NCBI GenBank assembly: GCA_040954595.2
Contig: CM082581.2
Span: forward strand, 984,699-1,048,698
Length of the DNA stretch: 64,000 nt
Direction of reading: 5' to 3'
DNA from: Balanoglossus misakiensis
Lineage: Eukaryota; Animalia; Hemichordata
Part shown: piece by piece, positions 13,220 through 26,639 of the stretch
Layout: the number at the start of each line of letters is the position of its first letter
Position numbering within the stretch: position 1 is the stretch's first letter
The notes under the pieces: model-generated
Seen by the model: the letters and a program-made list of their open reading frames with translations, nothing else
What the model was told of the DNA's origin: nothing
Database searches by the model: none
Program-made: the position numbers and the translations under genes

Positions 13220-16200
13220 TTGACCCACAAATCACTCAAAATTAATAGGCAGGATACTGTCCACTCTGGCCTGGTTACTGTCTGGCCTGCTTAATGTTGA
13301 CGCAAAGGTTGACCCCACCAAACACTCAAAATTAATAGGCAGCATACTGGCCACTCTGGCCTAGTTAATGTTGACGCAAAGGTTGACCCCCACCAAACAC
13401 TCAAAATTAATGGGCACGATACTGGCCACTCTGGCCTAGTTAATGTTGACGCAAAGGTTGACCCCACCAAACACTCAAAATCAATGGGCAGCATACTGTC
13501 CACTATGGCCTGGTTACTGTGTGCTCTGGTTAATGTTGACGCAAAGGTTGACCCCACCAAACACTCAAAATTAATGGGCAGCACACTGTCCACTACGGCC
13601 TGGTTACTGTGTGCTCTGGTTAATGTTGATGCAAAGGTTGACCCCACCAAACACTCAAAATTAATGGGCAGAACACTGTCCACTATGGCCTGGTTACTGT
13701 GTGCTCTGGTTAATGTTGATGCAAAGGTTGACCCCACCAAACACTCAAAATTAATGGGCAGGATACTGGCCACTCTGGCCTAGTTAATGTTGACGCAAAG
13801 GTTGACCCCCACCAAACACTCAAAATTAATGGGCACGATACTGGCCACTCTGGCCTAGTTAATGTTGACGCAAAGGTTGACCCCACCAAACACTCAAAAT
13901 TAATGGGCAGAACACTGTCCACTACGGCCTGGTTACTGTGTGCTCTGGTTAATGTTGACGCAAAGGTTGACCCCCACCAAACACTCAAAATTAATGGGCA
14001 CGATACTGGCCACTCTGGCCTAGTTAATGTTGACGCAAAGGTTGACCCCACCAAACACTCAAAATTAATGGGCACGATACTGGCCACTCTGGCCTAGTTA
14101 ATGTTGACGCAAAGGTTGACCCCACCAAACACTCAAAATTAATGGGCAGAACACTGTCCACTACGGCCTGGTTACTGTGTGCTCTGGTTAATGTTGACGC
14201 AAAGGTTGACCCCCACCAAACACTCAAAATTAATGGGCACGATACTGGCCACTCTGGCCTAGTTAATGTTGACGCAAAGGTTGACCCCACCAAACACTCA
14301 AAATTAATGGGCACGATACTGGCCACTCTGGCCTAGTTAATGTTGACGCAAAGGTTGACCCCTACCAAACACTCAAAATTAATGGGCACGATACTGGCCA
14401 CTCTGGCCTAGTTAATGTTGACGCAAAGGTTGACCCCCACGAAACACTCAAAATTAATGGGCACGATACTGGCCACTCTGGCCTAGTTAATGTTGACGCA
14501 AAGGTTGACCCCACCAAACACTCAAAATTAATGGGCAGCACACTGTCCACTACGGCCTGGTTACTGTGTGCTCTGGTTAATGTTGACGCAAAGGTTGACC
14601 CCACCAAACACTCAAAATTAATGGGCAGAACACTGTCCACTATGGCCTGGTTACTGTGTGCTCTGGTTAATGTTGACGCAAAGGTTGACCCCACCAAACA
14701 CTCAAAATTAATGGGCAGAACACTGTCCACTACGGCCTGGTTATTGTGTGCTCTGGTTAATGTTGATGCAAAGGTTGACGCCACCAAACACTCAAAATCA
14801 ATGGGCAGCATACTGTCCACTATGGCCTGGTTACTGTGTGCTCTGGTTAATGTTGACGCAAAGGTTGACCCCACCAAACACTCAAAATTAATGGGCAGAA
14901 CAATGTCCACTATGGCCTGGTTACTGTGTGCTCTGGTTAATGTTGACGCAAAGGTTGACCCCACCAAACACTCAAAATTAATGGGCAGCACACTGTCCAC
15001 TACGGCCTGGTTACTGTGTGCTCTGGTTAATGTTGACGCAAAGGTTGACCCCACCAAACACTCAAAATTAATGGGCAGAACACTGTCCACTACGGCCTGG
15101 TTACTGTGTGCTCTGGTTAATGTTGACGCAAAGGTTGACCCCACCAAACACTCAAAATTAATGGGCAGAACACTGTCCACTATGGCCTGGTTACTGTGTG
15201 CTCTGGTTAATGTTGACGCAAAGGTTGACCCCACCAAACACTCAAAATTAATGGGCAGAACACTGTCCACTACGGCCTGGTTACTGTGTGCTCTGGTTAA
15301 TGTTGACGCAAAGGTTGACCCCACCAAACACTCAAAATTAATGGGCAGAACACTGTCCACTACGGCCTGGTTACTGTGTGCTCTGGTTAATGTTGACGCA
15401 AAGGTTGACCCCACCAAACACTCAAAATTAATGGGCAGCACACTGTCCACTATGGCCTGGTTACTGTGTGCTCTGGTTAATGTTGACGCAAAGGTTGACC
15501 CCACCAAACACTCAAAATTAATGGGCAGAACACTGTCCACTACGGCCTGGTTACTGTGTGCTCTGGTTAATGTTGACGCAAAGGTTGACCCCCACCAAAC
15601 ACTCAAAATTAATGGGCACGATACTGGCCACTCTGGCCTAGTTAATGTTGACGCAAAGGTTGACCCCACCAAACACTCAAAATTAATGGGCACGATACTG
15701 GCCACTCTGGCCTAGTTAATGTTGACGCAAAGGTTGACCCCACCAAACACTCAAAATTAATGGGCACGATACTGGCCACTCTGGCCTAGTTAATGTTGAC
15801 GCAAAGGTTGACCCCACCAAACACTCAAAATTAATGGGCACGATACTGGCCACTCTGGCCTAGTTAATGTTGACGCAAAGGTTGAACCCACCAAACACTC
15901 AAAATTAATGGGCAGAACACTGTCCACTATGGCCTGATTACTCTGTGCTCTGGTTAATGTTGACGCAAAGGTTGACCCCACCAAACACTCAAAATTAATG
16001 GGCAGCACACTGTCCACTATGGCCTGGTTACTGTGTGCTCTGGTTAATGTTGACGCAAAGGTTGACCCCACCAAACACTCAAAATTAATGGGCAGAACAC
16101 TGTCCACTACGGCCTGGTTACTGTGTGCTCTGGTTAATGTTGACGCAAAGGTTGACCCCACCAAACACTCAAAATTAATGGGCAGCACACTGTCCACTAT

Positions 16201-19200
16201 GGCCTGGTTACTGTGTGCTCTGGTTAATGTTGACGCAAAGGTTGACCCCACCAAACACTCAAAATTAATGGGCAGAACACTGTCCACTATGGCCTGGTTA
16301 CTCTGTGCTCTGGTTAATGTTGACGCAAAGGTTGACCCCACCAAACACTCAAAATTAATGGGCAGAACACTGTCCACTATGGCCTGGTTACTCTGTGCTC
16401 TGGTTAATGTTGACGCAAAGGTTGACCCCACCAAACACTCAAAATTAATGGGCAGAACACTGTCCACTACGGCCTGGTTACTGTGTGCTCTGGTTAATGT
16501 TGACGCAAAGGTTGACCCCACCAAACACTCAAAATTAATGGGCAGAACACTGTCCACTACGGCCTGGTTACTGTGTGCTCTGGTTAATGTTGACGCAAAG
16601 GTTGACCCCCACCAAACACTCAAAATTAATGGGCACGATACTGGCCACTCTGGCCTAGTTAATGTTGACGCAAAGGTTGACCCCACCAAACACTCAAAAT
16701 TAATGGGCACGATACTGGCCACTCTGGCCTAGTTAATGTTGACGCAAAGGTTGACCCCACCAAACACTCAAAATTAATGGGCACGATACTGGCCACTCTG
16801 GCCTAGTTAATGTTGACGCAAAGGTTGACCCCACCAAACACTCAAAATTAATGGGCACGATACTGGCCACTCTGGCCTAGTTAATGTTGACGCAAAGGTT
16901 GAACCCACCAAACACTCAAAATTAATGGGCAGCACACTGTCCACTATGGCCTGGTTACTGTGTGCTCTGGTTAATGTTGACGCAAAGGTTGACCCCACCA
17001 AACACTCAAAATTAATGGGCAGAACACTGTCCACTACGGCCTGGTTACTGTGTGCTCTGGTTAATGTTGACGCAAAGGTTGACCCCACCAAACACTCAAA
17101 ATTAATGGGCAGAACACTGTCCACTATGGCCTGGTTACTGTGTGCTCTGGTTAATGTTGACGCAAAGGTTGACCCCACCAAACACTCAAAATTAATGGGC
17201 AGAACACTGTCCACTACGGCCTGGTTACTGTGTGCTCTGGTTAATGTTGACGCAAAGGTTGACCCCACCAAACACTCAAAATTAATGGGCAGAACACTGT
17301 CCACTACGGCCTGGTTACTGTGTGCTCTGGTTAATGTTGACGCAAAGGTTGACCCCACCAAACACTCAAAATTAATGGGCAGAACACTGTCCACTACGGC
17401 CTGGTTACTGTGTGCTCTGGTTAATGTTGACGCAAAGGTTGACCCCACCAAACACTCAAAATTAATGGGCAGAACACTGTCCACTACGGCCTGGTTACTG
17501 TGTGCTCTGGTTAATGTTGACGCAAAGGTTGACCCCACCAAACACTCAAAATTAATGGGCAGAACACTGTCCACTATGGCCTGGTTACTGTGTGCTCTGG
17601 TTAATGTTGACGCAAAGGTTGACCCCACCAAACACTCAAAATTAATGGGCAGAACACTGTCCACTACGGCCTGGTTACTGTGTGCTCTGGTTAATGTTGA
17701 CGCAAAGGTTGACCCCACCAAACACTCAAAATTAATGGGCAGAACACTGTCCACTACGGCCTGGTTACTGTGTGCTCTGGTTAATGTTGACGCAAAGGTT
17801 GACCCCACCAAACACTCAAAATTAATGGGCAGAACACTGTCCACTACGGCCTGGTTACTGTGTGCTCTGGTTAATGTTGACGCAAAGGTTGACCCCACCA
17901 AACACTCAAAATTAATGGGCAGAACACTGTCCACTATGGCCTGGTTACTGTGTGCTCTGGTTAATGTTGACGCAAAGGTTGACCCCACCAAACACTCAAA
18001 ATTAATGGGCAGAACACTGTCCACTACGGCCTGGTTACTGTGTGCTCTGGTTAATGTTGACGCAAAGGTTGACCCCACCAAACACTCAAAATTAATGGGC
18101 AGCACACTGTCCACTATGGCCTGGTTACTGTGTGCTCTGGTTAATGTTGACGCAAAGGTTGACCCCACCAAACACTCAAAATTAATGGGCAGAACACTGT
18201 CCACTACGGCCTGGTTACTGTGTGCTCTGGTTAATGTTGACGCAAAGGTTGACCCCACCAAACACTCAAAATTAATGGGCACGATACTGGCCACTCTGGC
18301 CTACTTAATGTTGACGCAAAGGTTGACCCCACCAAACACTCAAAATTAATGGGCAGAACACTGTCCACTACGGCCTGGTTACTGTGTGCTCTGGTTAATG
18401 TTGACGCAAAGGTTGACCCCACCAAACACTCAAAATTAATGGGCAGAACACTGTCCACTCGACCTGGTTACTGTGTGCTCTGGTTAATGTTGACGCAAAG
18501 GTTGACCCCACCAAACACTCAAAATTAATGGGCAGAACACTGTCCACTACGGCCTGGTTACTGTGTGCTCTGGTTAATGTTGACGCAAAGGTTGACCCCA
18601 CCAAACACTCAAAATTAATGGGCAGCACACTGTCCACTATGGCCTGGTTACTGTGTGCTCTGGTTAATGTTGACGCAAAGGTTGACCCCACCAAACACTC
18701 AAAATTAATGGGCAGAACACTGTCCACTACGGCCTGGTTACTGTGTGCTCTGGTTAATGTTGACGCAAAGGTTGACCCCCATCAAACACTCAAAATTAAT
18801 GGGCACGATACTGGCCACTCTGGCCTGGTTACTGTGTGCTCTGGTTAATGTTGACGCAAAGGTTGACCCCACCAAACACTCAAAATTAATGGGCAGAACA
18901 CTGTCCACTACGGCCTGGTTACTGTGTGCTCTGGTTAATGTTGACGCAAAGGTTGACCCCACCAAACACTCAAAATTAATGGGCAGAACACTGTCCACTA
19001 CGGCCTGGTTACTGTGTGCTCTGGTTAATGTTGACGCAAAGGTTGACCCCACCAAACACTCAAAATTAATGGGCAGAACACTGTCCACTATGGCCTGGTT
19101 ACTGTGTGCTCTGGTTAATGTTGACGCAAAGGTTGACCCCACCAAACACTCAAAATTAATGGGCAGAACACTGTCCACTACGGCCTGGTTACTGTGTGCT

Positions 19201-21654
19201 CTGGTTAATGTTGACGCAAAGGTTGACCCCACCAAACACTCAAAATTAATGGGCACGATACTGGCCACTCTGGCCTACTTAATGTTGACGCAAAGGTTGA
19301 CCCCACCAAACACTCAAAATTAATGGGCAGAACACTGTCCACTACGGCCTGGTTACTGTGTGCTCTGGTTAATGTTGACGCAAAGGTTGACCCCACCAAA
19401 CACTCAAAATTAATGGGCAGAACACTGTCCACTCGACCTGGTTACTGTGTGCTCTGGTTAATGTTGACGCAAAGGTTGACCCCACCAAACACTCAAAATT
19501 AATGGGCAGAACACTGTCCACTACGGCCTGGTTACTGTGTGCTCTGGTTAATGTTGACGCAAAGGTTGACCCCACCAAACACTCAAAATTAATGGGCAGC
19601 ACACTGTCCACTATGGCCTGGTTACTGTGTGCTCTGGTTAATGTTGACGCAAAGGTTGACCCCACCAAACACTCAAAATTAATGGGCAGAACACTGTCCA
19701 CTACGGCCTGGTTACTGTGTGCTCTGGTTAATGTTGACGCAAAGGTTGACCCCCATCAAACACTCAAAATTAATGGGCACGATACTGGCCACTCTGGCCT
19801 GGTTACTGTGTGCTCTGGTTAATGTTGACGCAAAGGTTGACCCCACCAAACACTCAAAATTAATGGGCAGAACACTGTCCACTACGGCCTGGTTACTGTG
19901 TGCTCTGGTTAATGTTGACGCAAAGGTTGACCCCACCAAACACTCAAAATTAATGGGCAGAACACTGTCCACTACGGCCTGGTTACTGTGTGCTCTGGTT
20001 AATGTTGACGCAAAGGTTGACCCCACCAAACACTCAAAATTAATGGGCAGAACACTGTCCACTATGGCCTGGTTACTGTGTGCTCTGGTTAATGTTGACG
20101 CAAAGGTTGACCCCACCAAACACTCAAAATTAATGGGCAGAACACTGTCCACTACGGCCTGGTTACTGTGTGCTCTGGTTAATGTTGACGCAAAGGTTGA
20201 CCCCACCAAACACTCAAAATTAATGGGCAGCACACTGTCCACTATGGCCTGGTTACTGTGTGCTCTGGTTAATGTTGACGCAAAGGTTGACCCCACCAAA
20301 CACTCAAAATTAATGGGCAGAACACTGTCCACTACGGCCTGGTTACTGTGTGCTCTGGTTAATGTTGACGCAAAGGTTGACCCCACCAAACACTCAAAAT
20401 TAATGGGCAGAACACTGTCCACTATGGCCTGGTTACTGTGTGCTCTGGTTAATGTTGACGCAAAGGTTGACCCCACCAAACACTCAAAATTAATGGGCAG
20501 AACACTGTCCACTACGGCCTGGTTACTGTGTGCTCTGGTTAATGTTGACGCAAAGGTTGACCCCACCAAACACTCAAAATTAATGGGCAGAACACTGTCC
20601 ACTACGGCCTGGTTACTGTGTGCTCTGGTTAATGTTGACGCAAAGGTTGACCCCACCAAACACTCAAAATTAATGGGCAGAACACTGTCCACTATGGCCT
20701 GGTTACTGTGTGCTCTGGTTAATGTTGACGCAAAGGTTGACCCCACCAAACACTCAAAATTAATGGGCAGCACACTGTCCACTATGGCCTGGTTACTGTG
20801 TGCTCTGGTTAATGTTGACGCAAAGGTTGACCCCACCAAACACTCAAAATTAATGGGCAGAACACTGTCCACTACGGCCTGGTTACTGTGTGCTCTGGTT
20901 AATGTTGACGCAAAGGTTGACCCCCACCAAACACTCAAAATTAATGGGCACGATACTGGCCACTCTGGCCTAGTTAATGTTGACGCAAAGGTTGACCCCA
21001 CCAAACACTCAAAATTAATGGGCAAGATACTGGCCACTCTGGCCTAGTTAATGTTGACGCAAAGGTTGACCCCACCAAACACTCAAAATTAATGGGCATG
21101 ATACTGGCCACTCTGGCCTAGTTAATGTTGACGCAAAGGTTGACCCCACCAAACACTCAAAATTAATGGGCACGATACTGGCCACTCTGGCCTAGTTAAT
21201 GTTGACGCAAAGGTTGACCCCACCAAACACTCAAAATTAATGGGCAGAACACTGTCCACTACGGCCTGGTTACTGTGTGCTCTGGTTAATGTTGACGCAA
21301 AGGTTGACCCCACCAAACACTCAAAATTAATGGGCAGAACACTGTCCACTACGGCCTGGTTACTGTGTGCTCTGGTTAATGTTGACGCAAAGGTTGACCC
21401 CACCAAACACTCAAAATTAATGGGCAGAACACTGTCCACTACGGCCTGGTTACTGTGTGCTCTGGTTAATGTTGACGCAAAGGTTGACCCCACCAAACAC
21501 TCAAAATTAATGGGCAGCACACTGTCCACTATGGCCTGGTTACTGTGTGCTCTGGTTAATGTTGACGCAAAGGTTGACCCCACCAAACACTCAAAATTAA
21601 TGGGCAGAACACTGTCCACTACGGCCTGGTTACTGTGTGCTCTGGTTAATGTTA
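13220..21654. repeat. 8.4-kb satellite array of interspersed 90-bp and 74/75-bp units
   Basis: Shared core gttaatgttgacgcaaaggttgaccccaccaaacactcaaaattaatgggca followed by either gaacactgtccacta(c/t)ggcctggttactgtgtgctctg (90 bp) or cgatactggccactctggccta (74 bp); about 100 units, very homogeneous. Confidence 0.97.
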
Positions 21655-22294
21655 ATGGTAGGTCGTGGCTGTCTCATTTCAGGGATTTGTGGACTAAATG
21701 TCAATCTTTGTACTATTCGTACATGAAACTTTTCTTTCAAATACAACTTACAGACCAACATAGACAGTCATGCTTATATAAGTATGACTATCTATTAAAG
21801 TAACATTCATATCATGATTGTTGTTTTACACTGTGTTTTCAAAGTAATTGTTGCAGTAAACCAATTGCCTTGCTTGGAAATATTAAAAGGGAAGTCCTGT
21901 CCAGCTGATTTATGCATAATTTCTACACAATGTTTTTTTCTGAAAGAATGACCTCAAAGCTACCCAATTATGTAGCTGAACCGGACTTCCCCTTTAAATG
22001 CTACCAGTGAGCTTGTTTGTCTTTGTAAATACACTCAAGTATTAATCCCCTTTTTCTCAGAATTCAATGCATCTTCATGCCATGAGGTGAGAGGACACTT
22101 TTGTTAGCAGGAGGGAAACAAATCCAAAATAAATAATAACAGTGCAAAGTTGGTCTGCTGACTTTCTCCACATTTCATTATTGAATTACGGCAAAATTAT
22201 GAAATCCAATTATGAAATTCAGCTTTTTGTCCACTTTTTGTTGCTGCAAATTCATTGCGGTATAAAGGTCAATAATATGACAAATCTTGGTTAA

Positions 22295-22478
22295 AAGTAT
22301 ACAGTCACCTTCAATACACATTCCCATATATGGCTGAATGGCGTATTTGAGCATTCTAAAGAACATATGGTGGCGCCTGTTTTCCACGTGTGCCACCAAA
22401 TGAAAATCTGTGATTGGCTAGATTTCAATTTTCCATGGTAACTATATATAGCTAATTTTCCATGGGTGATCATATACC
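22295..22478. mobile_element. TTAA-flanked MITE (Kolobok-like)
   Basis: ttaa|aagtatacagtcacc ... ggtgatcatatacct|ttaa; related partial copy in opposite orientation from ~37580. Confidence 0.6.
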
Positions 22479-22508
22479 TTTAACTCTATAGTTTAACATG
22501 ATACTTAC

Positions 22509-22694
22509 GAACACATGATTGGTTAAAAGTGTAGACATCATACATTGAGAGACCAGTTTCTCCAGGTGGCAGATAGAATCCACCTGTGCCGTTATTTGCA
22601 TATAAGAGATAGCCTTCTTCACAGGAACATTGAAAACCACCTGCAGTGTTTTTACAAAGTTGATCACAAGAATGTGAAGCACATTCATTTATAT
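22509..22694 (-). CDS. uif-like exon: EGF with long insert (DINECASHSCDQLCKNTAGGFQCSCEEGYLLYANNGTGGFYLPPGETG...FNQSCV)
   Basis: ttgtag| acceptor, |gtaagt donor, 186 bp; last exon recognisable before the satellite. Confidence 0.9.
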
Positions 22695-23209
22695 CTACAA
22701 AGAAGGAACATGGATTGGATTAAAACAATGTACGTTCAGTAAAATTGAAAGTATTGTCATTTCTTTTAATCGTGAATTTTGGGATTATCTTGTGTACGTA
22801 CAAGATGAATCTGTGATAAAATAAAGGCGTCACCTTGCTTGCTTTTGAAATACAAGGCCATTAATTTAGTTGATAATAGAAGAAACCTGCTGACTCAGCA
22901 TGGTTCACCAATGGTTTGTCTATGGACAAAAACCTTAAAGAAATTTATCTCAAAATAGAGCATTGTAATCACACAATTTTATTTGACCAATGAATTTATA
23001 TTTACTAGACTGAGCTATGTGTAACATTTCGTGAAAATGACAATAGTAGAAGTTTGTTTTCTAGCAATTATCAATGTAATCCTATGAGACACCTGAGATT
23101 AAAAGGTCATTCCAAAAATTTATCCGGAATTCTGAAATAAGTTCGGAATGTGTTAAATGTGAAAATAGTGACTTGAAGTTATGTTGCAAGTGACTTGTTT
23201 ATGTCTCAC

Positions 23210-23338
23210 CTTTGCATGCTGTTCCATTCACATCTGGTTCAAATCCCACCAAACATGCACACTGATAGTCACCATCTCTATTTTCACAGACTTGATTGAT
23301 TCCACACCGTGCCACCAATGTACTACATTCATTGATAT
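23210..23338 (-). CDS. uif-like exon: calcium-binding EGF (DINECSTLVARCGINQVCENRDGDYQCACLVGF...CK)
   Basis: tttcag| acceptor, |gtgaga donor, 129 bp; EGF_CA consensus. Confidence 0.9.
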
Positions 23339-23815
23339 CTGAAATGTTATTCATCAAGATATGATCAAAATCCCACAGGTCCGCTGGTAAATTCAGACCA
23401 ACAAGTTTAGCTGGGAACCACCAGACCAACAGGAAATTTTCACAAACAAATTTTCGCGAACTATGCAAGAGCCAAAAAAAAAAGACATTTTTGCGTAAAA
23501 AACTATTTTCAGTGATAACAATGTAGTGAAATACGAGAACATGAAAATTAATCGTCTCATAACAGTTTCTGCTTTTGATATCGCAAAAAATTTCTTTGTC
23601 GCGAAAATTTCCTGTTTTACAGTAATCAATGAAAAATAAAATTACGAAAATCATGAAATTTCTGACAGCCATAGATTTGCATGGCATGAACTGTATGTCC
23701 TATCAGCATGTAGTTTAGGTGACATTTATGATAAATAGTCAAATTACTGGAGTGATCGATTACGGTACCTCATAAGCAGACAACCACATGAAGACCAATC
23801 TTGATGTGAACTTAC

Positions 23816-23998
23816 CAATGCATGATGGTATTGCACTATTCCACTGTAAATCGGATTGACAAGTCAGGTAATCAGCACCATTTAATTCATAGCCAGCATT
23901 ACAATAGAATGTGATGTTACTGCCCATATAATATGGTCCACTATCAGGGACAGCTTGTAGATGTGGGTCTGTTATGAGTATATCACTGCAGTTCAATC
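23816..23998 (-). CDS. uif-like exon: Sushi/CCP 4 (LNCSDILITD...CQSDLQWNSAIPSCI)
   Basis: ttgcag| acceptor, |gtaagt donor, 183 bp, phase 1-1. Confidence 0.9.
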
Positions 23999-24308
23999 CT
24001 GCAAGTAAAAAAAATAAAACACTATGTGGATGCAGACTTGATTGTGGTATATATATTGGGTATCTGTATTCTGTCACAACTTTAACATTTTCACCCCAAG
24101 TTCCCACTATAAAAGTCCAGATACCATTGACTCCTTTTTTTCAATTATCGACTAAATTCATGACTCTGTATTTCAAAAACAAGCGTGGTGACCCCTATAT
24201 TTTATCACAAATTTTCATTATACATACATAGGATAATCCAAAAATTAACAATTAAAAGAAATGACCATATTTTCAATTTTACTGAATGTACATCGTTAAA
24301 TGACTTAC

Positions 24309-24491
24309 GTTGACAGTATCCTGGATCTCCAATCCATGATCCATCTTCACCACATGTAGAGACAGTGTAGCCAGTCAGACTGTAGCCAGATGGACATGAG
24401 TAGGCAACGGTTGTTCCAAAAATCAATGAATCACCATTAACAATTTCATATGATAAGTAGTTGTCTACATTCGGTGGTGGACACTCGCGAG
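24309..24491 (-). CDS. uif-like exon: Sushi/CCP 3 (RECPPPNVDN...CGEDGSWIGDPGYCQ)
   Basis: acag| acceptor, |gtaagt donor, 183 bp, phase 1-1. Confidence 0.9.
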
Positions 24492-24789
24492 CTGTTTGGA
24501 TAAGATGAACAGATAACATTACAAGTGTGTTAATACTAGGAAAATGGTTTAAAGGGACATGCAGTAACCCTCACAATCCTGCATATTTTCAAGTTACCAG
24601 TGTCTGGTTTAACATTCAGTGTGTAATGTCCCAATTAGACACCCATGTGGAATGTAGCAACCAGCACAAAGTGCCCCATCATAACGCTATGGAGAGAATT
24701 TCAACTTGAGTCAGTGATTTTTATGAAAACATGACAGTGAACACCCTGTGTTATACTTTGTTTTCAAAACGACTCATCACACACTTTAA

Positions 24790-25089
24790 AGCCTCTAGAG
24801 CTGCCAAATTTCACAATTTTTTTCTTTTCCACAGTAAAACCTTTCAAATCTATGGTGATGCATACCACGATAGCTAGCTGCATACTGTTTGTATGGAGGC
24901 TGATTTTAATAAAATGGGTACGGCACCTGTTTAATACATTGCACGTTTAAATTGCAACACACAGCCACAATCAGGCATTGATGACATGTTCTTGTATCCC
25001 TATCAGTAAGCTTAATTATTTCAATGTACCAATCTACGTCGGAAAATAAAATCTGAAAATAAATGCAAAAAGTGGCAGCTCTAGTGGCT
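24790..25089. mobile_element. TTAA-flanked MITE (Kolobok-like)
   Basis: TIR agcctctagagctgcca / tggcagctctagtggct, TTAA on both sides. Confidence 0.75.
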
Positions 25090-25193
25090 TTAAAGCACTG
25101 AAAGGTTCAGAGGACTAACATTTTTTCTGAAAATCCGTCTCCTAAGTGTGCACTACAATGGCAGTTTAATTGTTTTCAAAAATATCAACTTAC

Positions 25194-25373
25194 GCTCGCA
25201 TTGGGGCACAAGTGGACCCCAGACACCATCTGCTTGGCATTCCAATGAAGACACATTATTTATAAACTGATAGCCCTCAATGCATTGATAATAAGCAATG
25301 CCACCATACACTGTACTGGTAACATTGGTAAGAATTCCATTGCTGCACTCAGGGGGTCCACCACATGTTATTC
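25194..25373 (-). CDS. uif-like exon: Sushi/CCP 2 (ITCGGPPECSNG...CQADGVWGPLVPQCE)
   Basis: tttttag| acceptor, |gtaagt donor, 180 bp, phase 1-1. Confidence 0.9.
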
Positions 25374-25619
25374 CTAAAAAATAAACAACAAATTAGTGTC
25401 ATTCAAGTTGTTGCTAACAATAGATTCAAGAGACAAATTAAGTCTCTCTCATCACTGCACTTTTTTCATTAATTATCTTGGATACAAGACACTAGGCTAG
25501 GCATATTTGCATAGCTGGTACGACTTATACACGGCGAAAATGTTTTTTTTTTCCTGAAAGAGTGACCTCAAAGCTACAAAATTATGTAGATATCAGCTAG
25601 ACCGGACATCCCCTTTAAC

Positions 25620-25719
25620 TACTGGATAACCGTCCGAGCATTGGAATGAGACAGAGACATCATACCTTCTATCTCTGTACTGGTCACCACGCCCTCACTA
25701 ATCACAATTTCGGGACAGT
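25620..25719 (-). pseudogene. uif-like exon: Sushi 1, frameshifted and truncated
   Basis: DCPEIVISEGVVTST, then a frame change to YDVSVSFQCSDGY, then runs into a TTAA-bounded repeat end at ~25617; the second half of the Sushi domain is absent. Confidence 0.72.
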
Positions 25720-25794
25720 CTGTCAGAACAAGGATCACAATGATAAGAATGCATGCAGACAAATACTTAAACTCATAAATGTCAGTTGTTTTAA

Positions 25795-26018
25795 AGTGAA
25801 GGGGTCGTCGCAATGCGTTTGTTTATAAACATTACAATTCATCCACAAATCCCTCAAATAAAATAATTCTTAGAATGAACGAAGCAGCTGACAGTATCCT
25901 AGACTGTCCATGACAGCAACTGAAGATCCTAGTAGGTCGTGGCTGTCTAATTTCAGGGATTTGTGGATGAATTGCAATGTTTATAAACAAACAAACGCAG
26001 TGCGACGACCCCATCACT
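25795..26018. mobile_element. Fold-back MITE with long imperfect TIRs
   Basis: agtgaaggggtcgtcgcaatgcgtttgtttataaacatt...atccacaaatccct is mirrored by agggatttgtggat...aatgtttataaacaa...gcgacgaccccatcact; TTAA on the left. Confidence 0.75.
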
Positions 26019-26239
26019 TTATTGAGTGTGATACAAGAGTGTTGCCATTCCTGTCAATGGTCCAAAATTGCATTGCAATTGTAAGAAATTACTGTCTCTG
26101 TTTTTCCAGCTCTTTGAAGTTTCGTAAAAAATCAAAAACATTTGCACCTTTCAATTAATGACTCTAAATCACAAGGAATAAAGGGAGAGTGTGTTTCTAA
26201 GAATTCTGTAACAACTTTTTCTGAAATGTTAGTAAGTTA

Positions 26240-26446
26240 CTGTAAAACACTTTATTTTCGCGAGCAAGAGATTTTCGCGAAATACGCGAGAGCCAAAATA
26301 GCGTGAAAATAAAAAGTTGCGTAATTTTTTTGAAGATAAAGATGCAATGAATGAAATAAGAGAACGCGAAAATTAACACTGGCGAAACAGTGGCCTCTCT
26401 CGATGTCGCGAAAAATTTCAACTCGTGAAAATAAAGTGTTTTACAG
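26240..26446. mobile_element. TA-flanked ~200-bp MITE family (Tc1/mariner-pogo-like); other copies ~23428-23622, 26679-26872, 26920-27125, 32418-32608
   Basis: ta|ctgtaaaacactttattttc ... gaaaataaagtgttttacag|ta; rich in tcgcga/cgcgaaaa motifs. Confidence 0.8.
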
Positions 26447-26455
26447 TATGTGTAC

Positions 26456-26639
26456 CTGGTGAAAATGAAGCCCTGAATCCTTTAGCTGGTCGTGTTCTAC
26501 TACTCCTGAACACAACCGAAAAGTGTCCAATGTCTGTACGGCAATCGGGTGGTGGCACAGTGCCATCAATGACTCCATCAGAATTGCCACTCCATGGACC
26601 AATAATGACATCATCATCACTCTCAGTACCATTGTATAC
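26456..26639 (-). CDS. uif-like exon: CUB3 second half (VYNGTESD...GFRASFSP)
   Basis: gaag| acceptor, |gtacac donor, phase 0-1. Confidence 0.85.

Noticed and set aside
14362-21047. Long ORFs (up to 495 aa) on both strands as protein-coding genes
   Set aside because: They follow from a stop-free 90-bp unit, are broken by 74-bp units, and have no splice sites or unique flanking coding sequence.
13220-21654. CRISPR-like array (constant repeat plus variable spacer)
   Set aside because: The variable parts are only a few recurring alleles rather than unique spacers; no cas genes; eukaryotic context.
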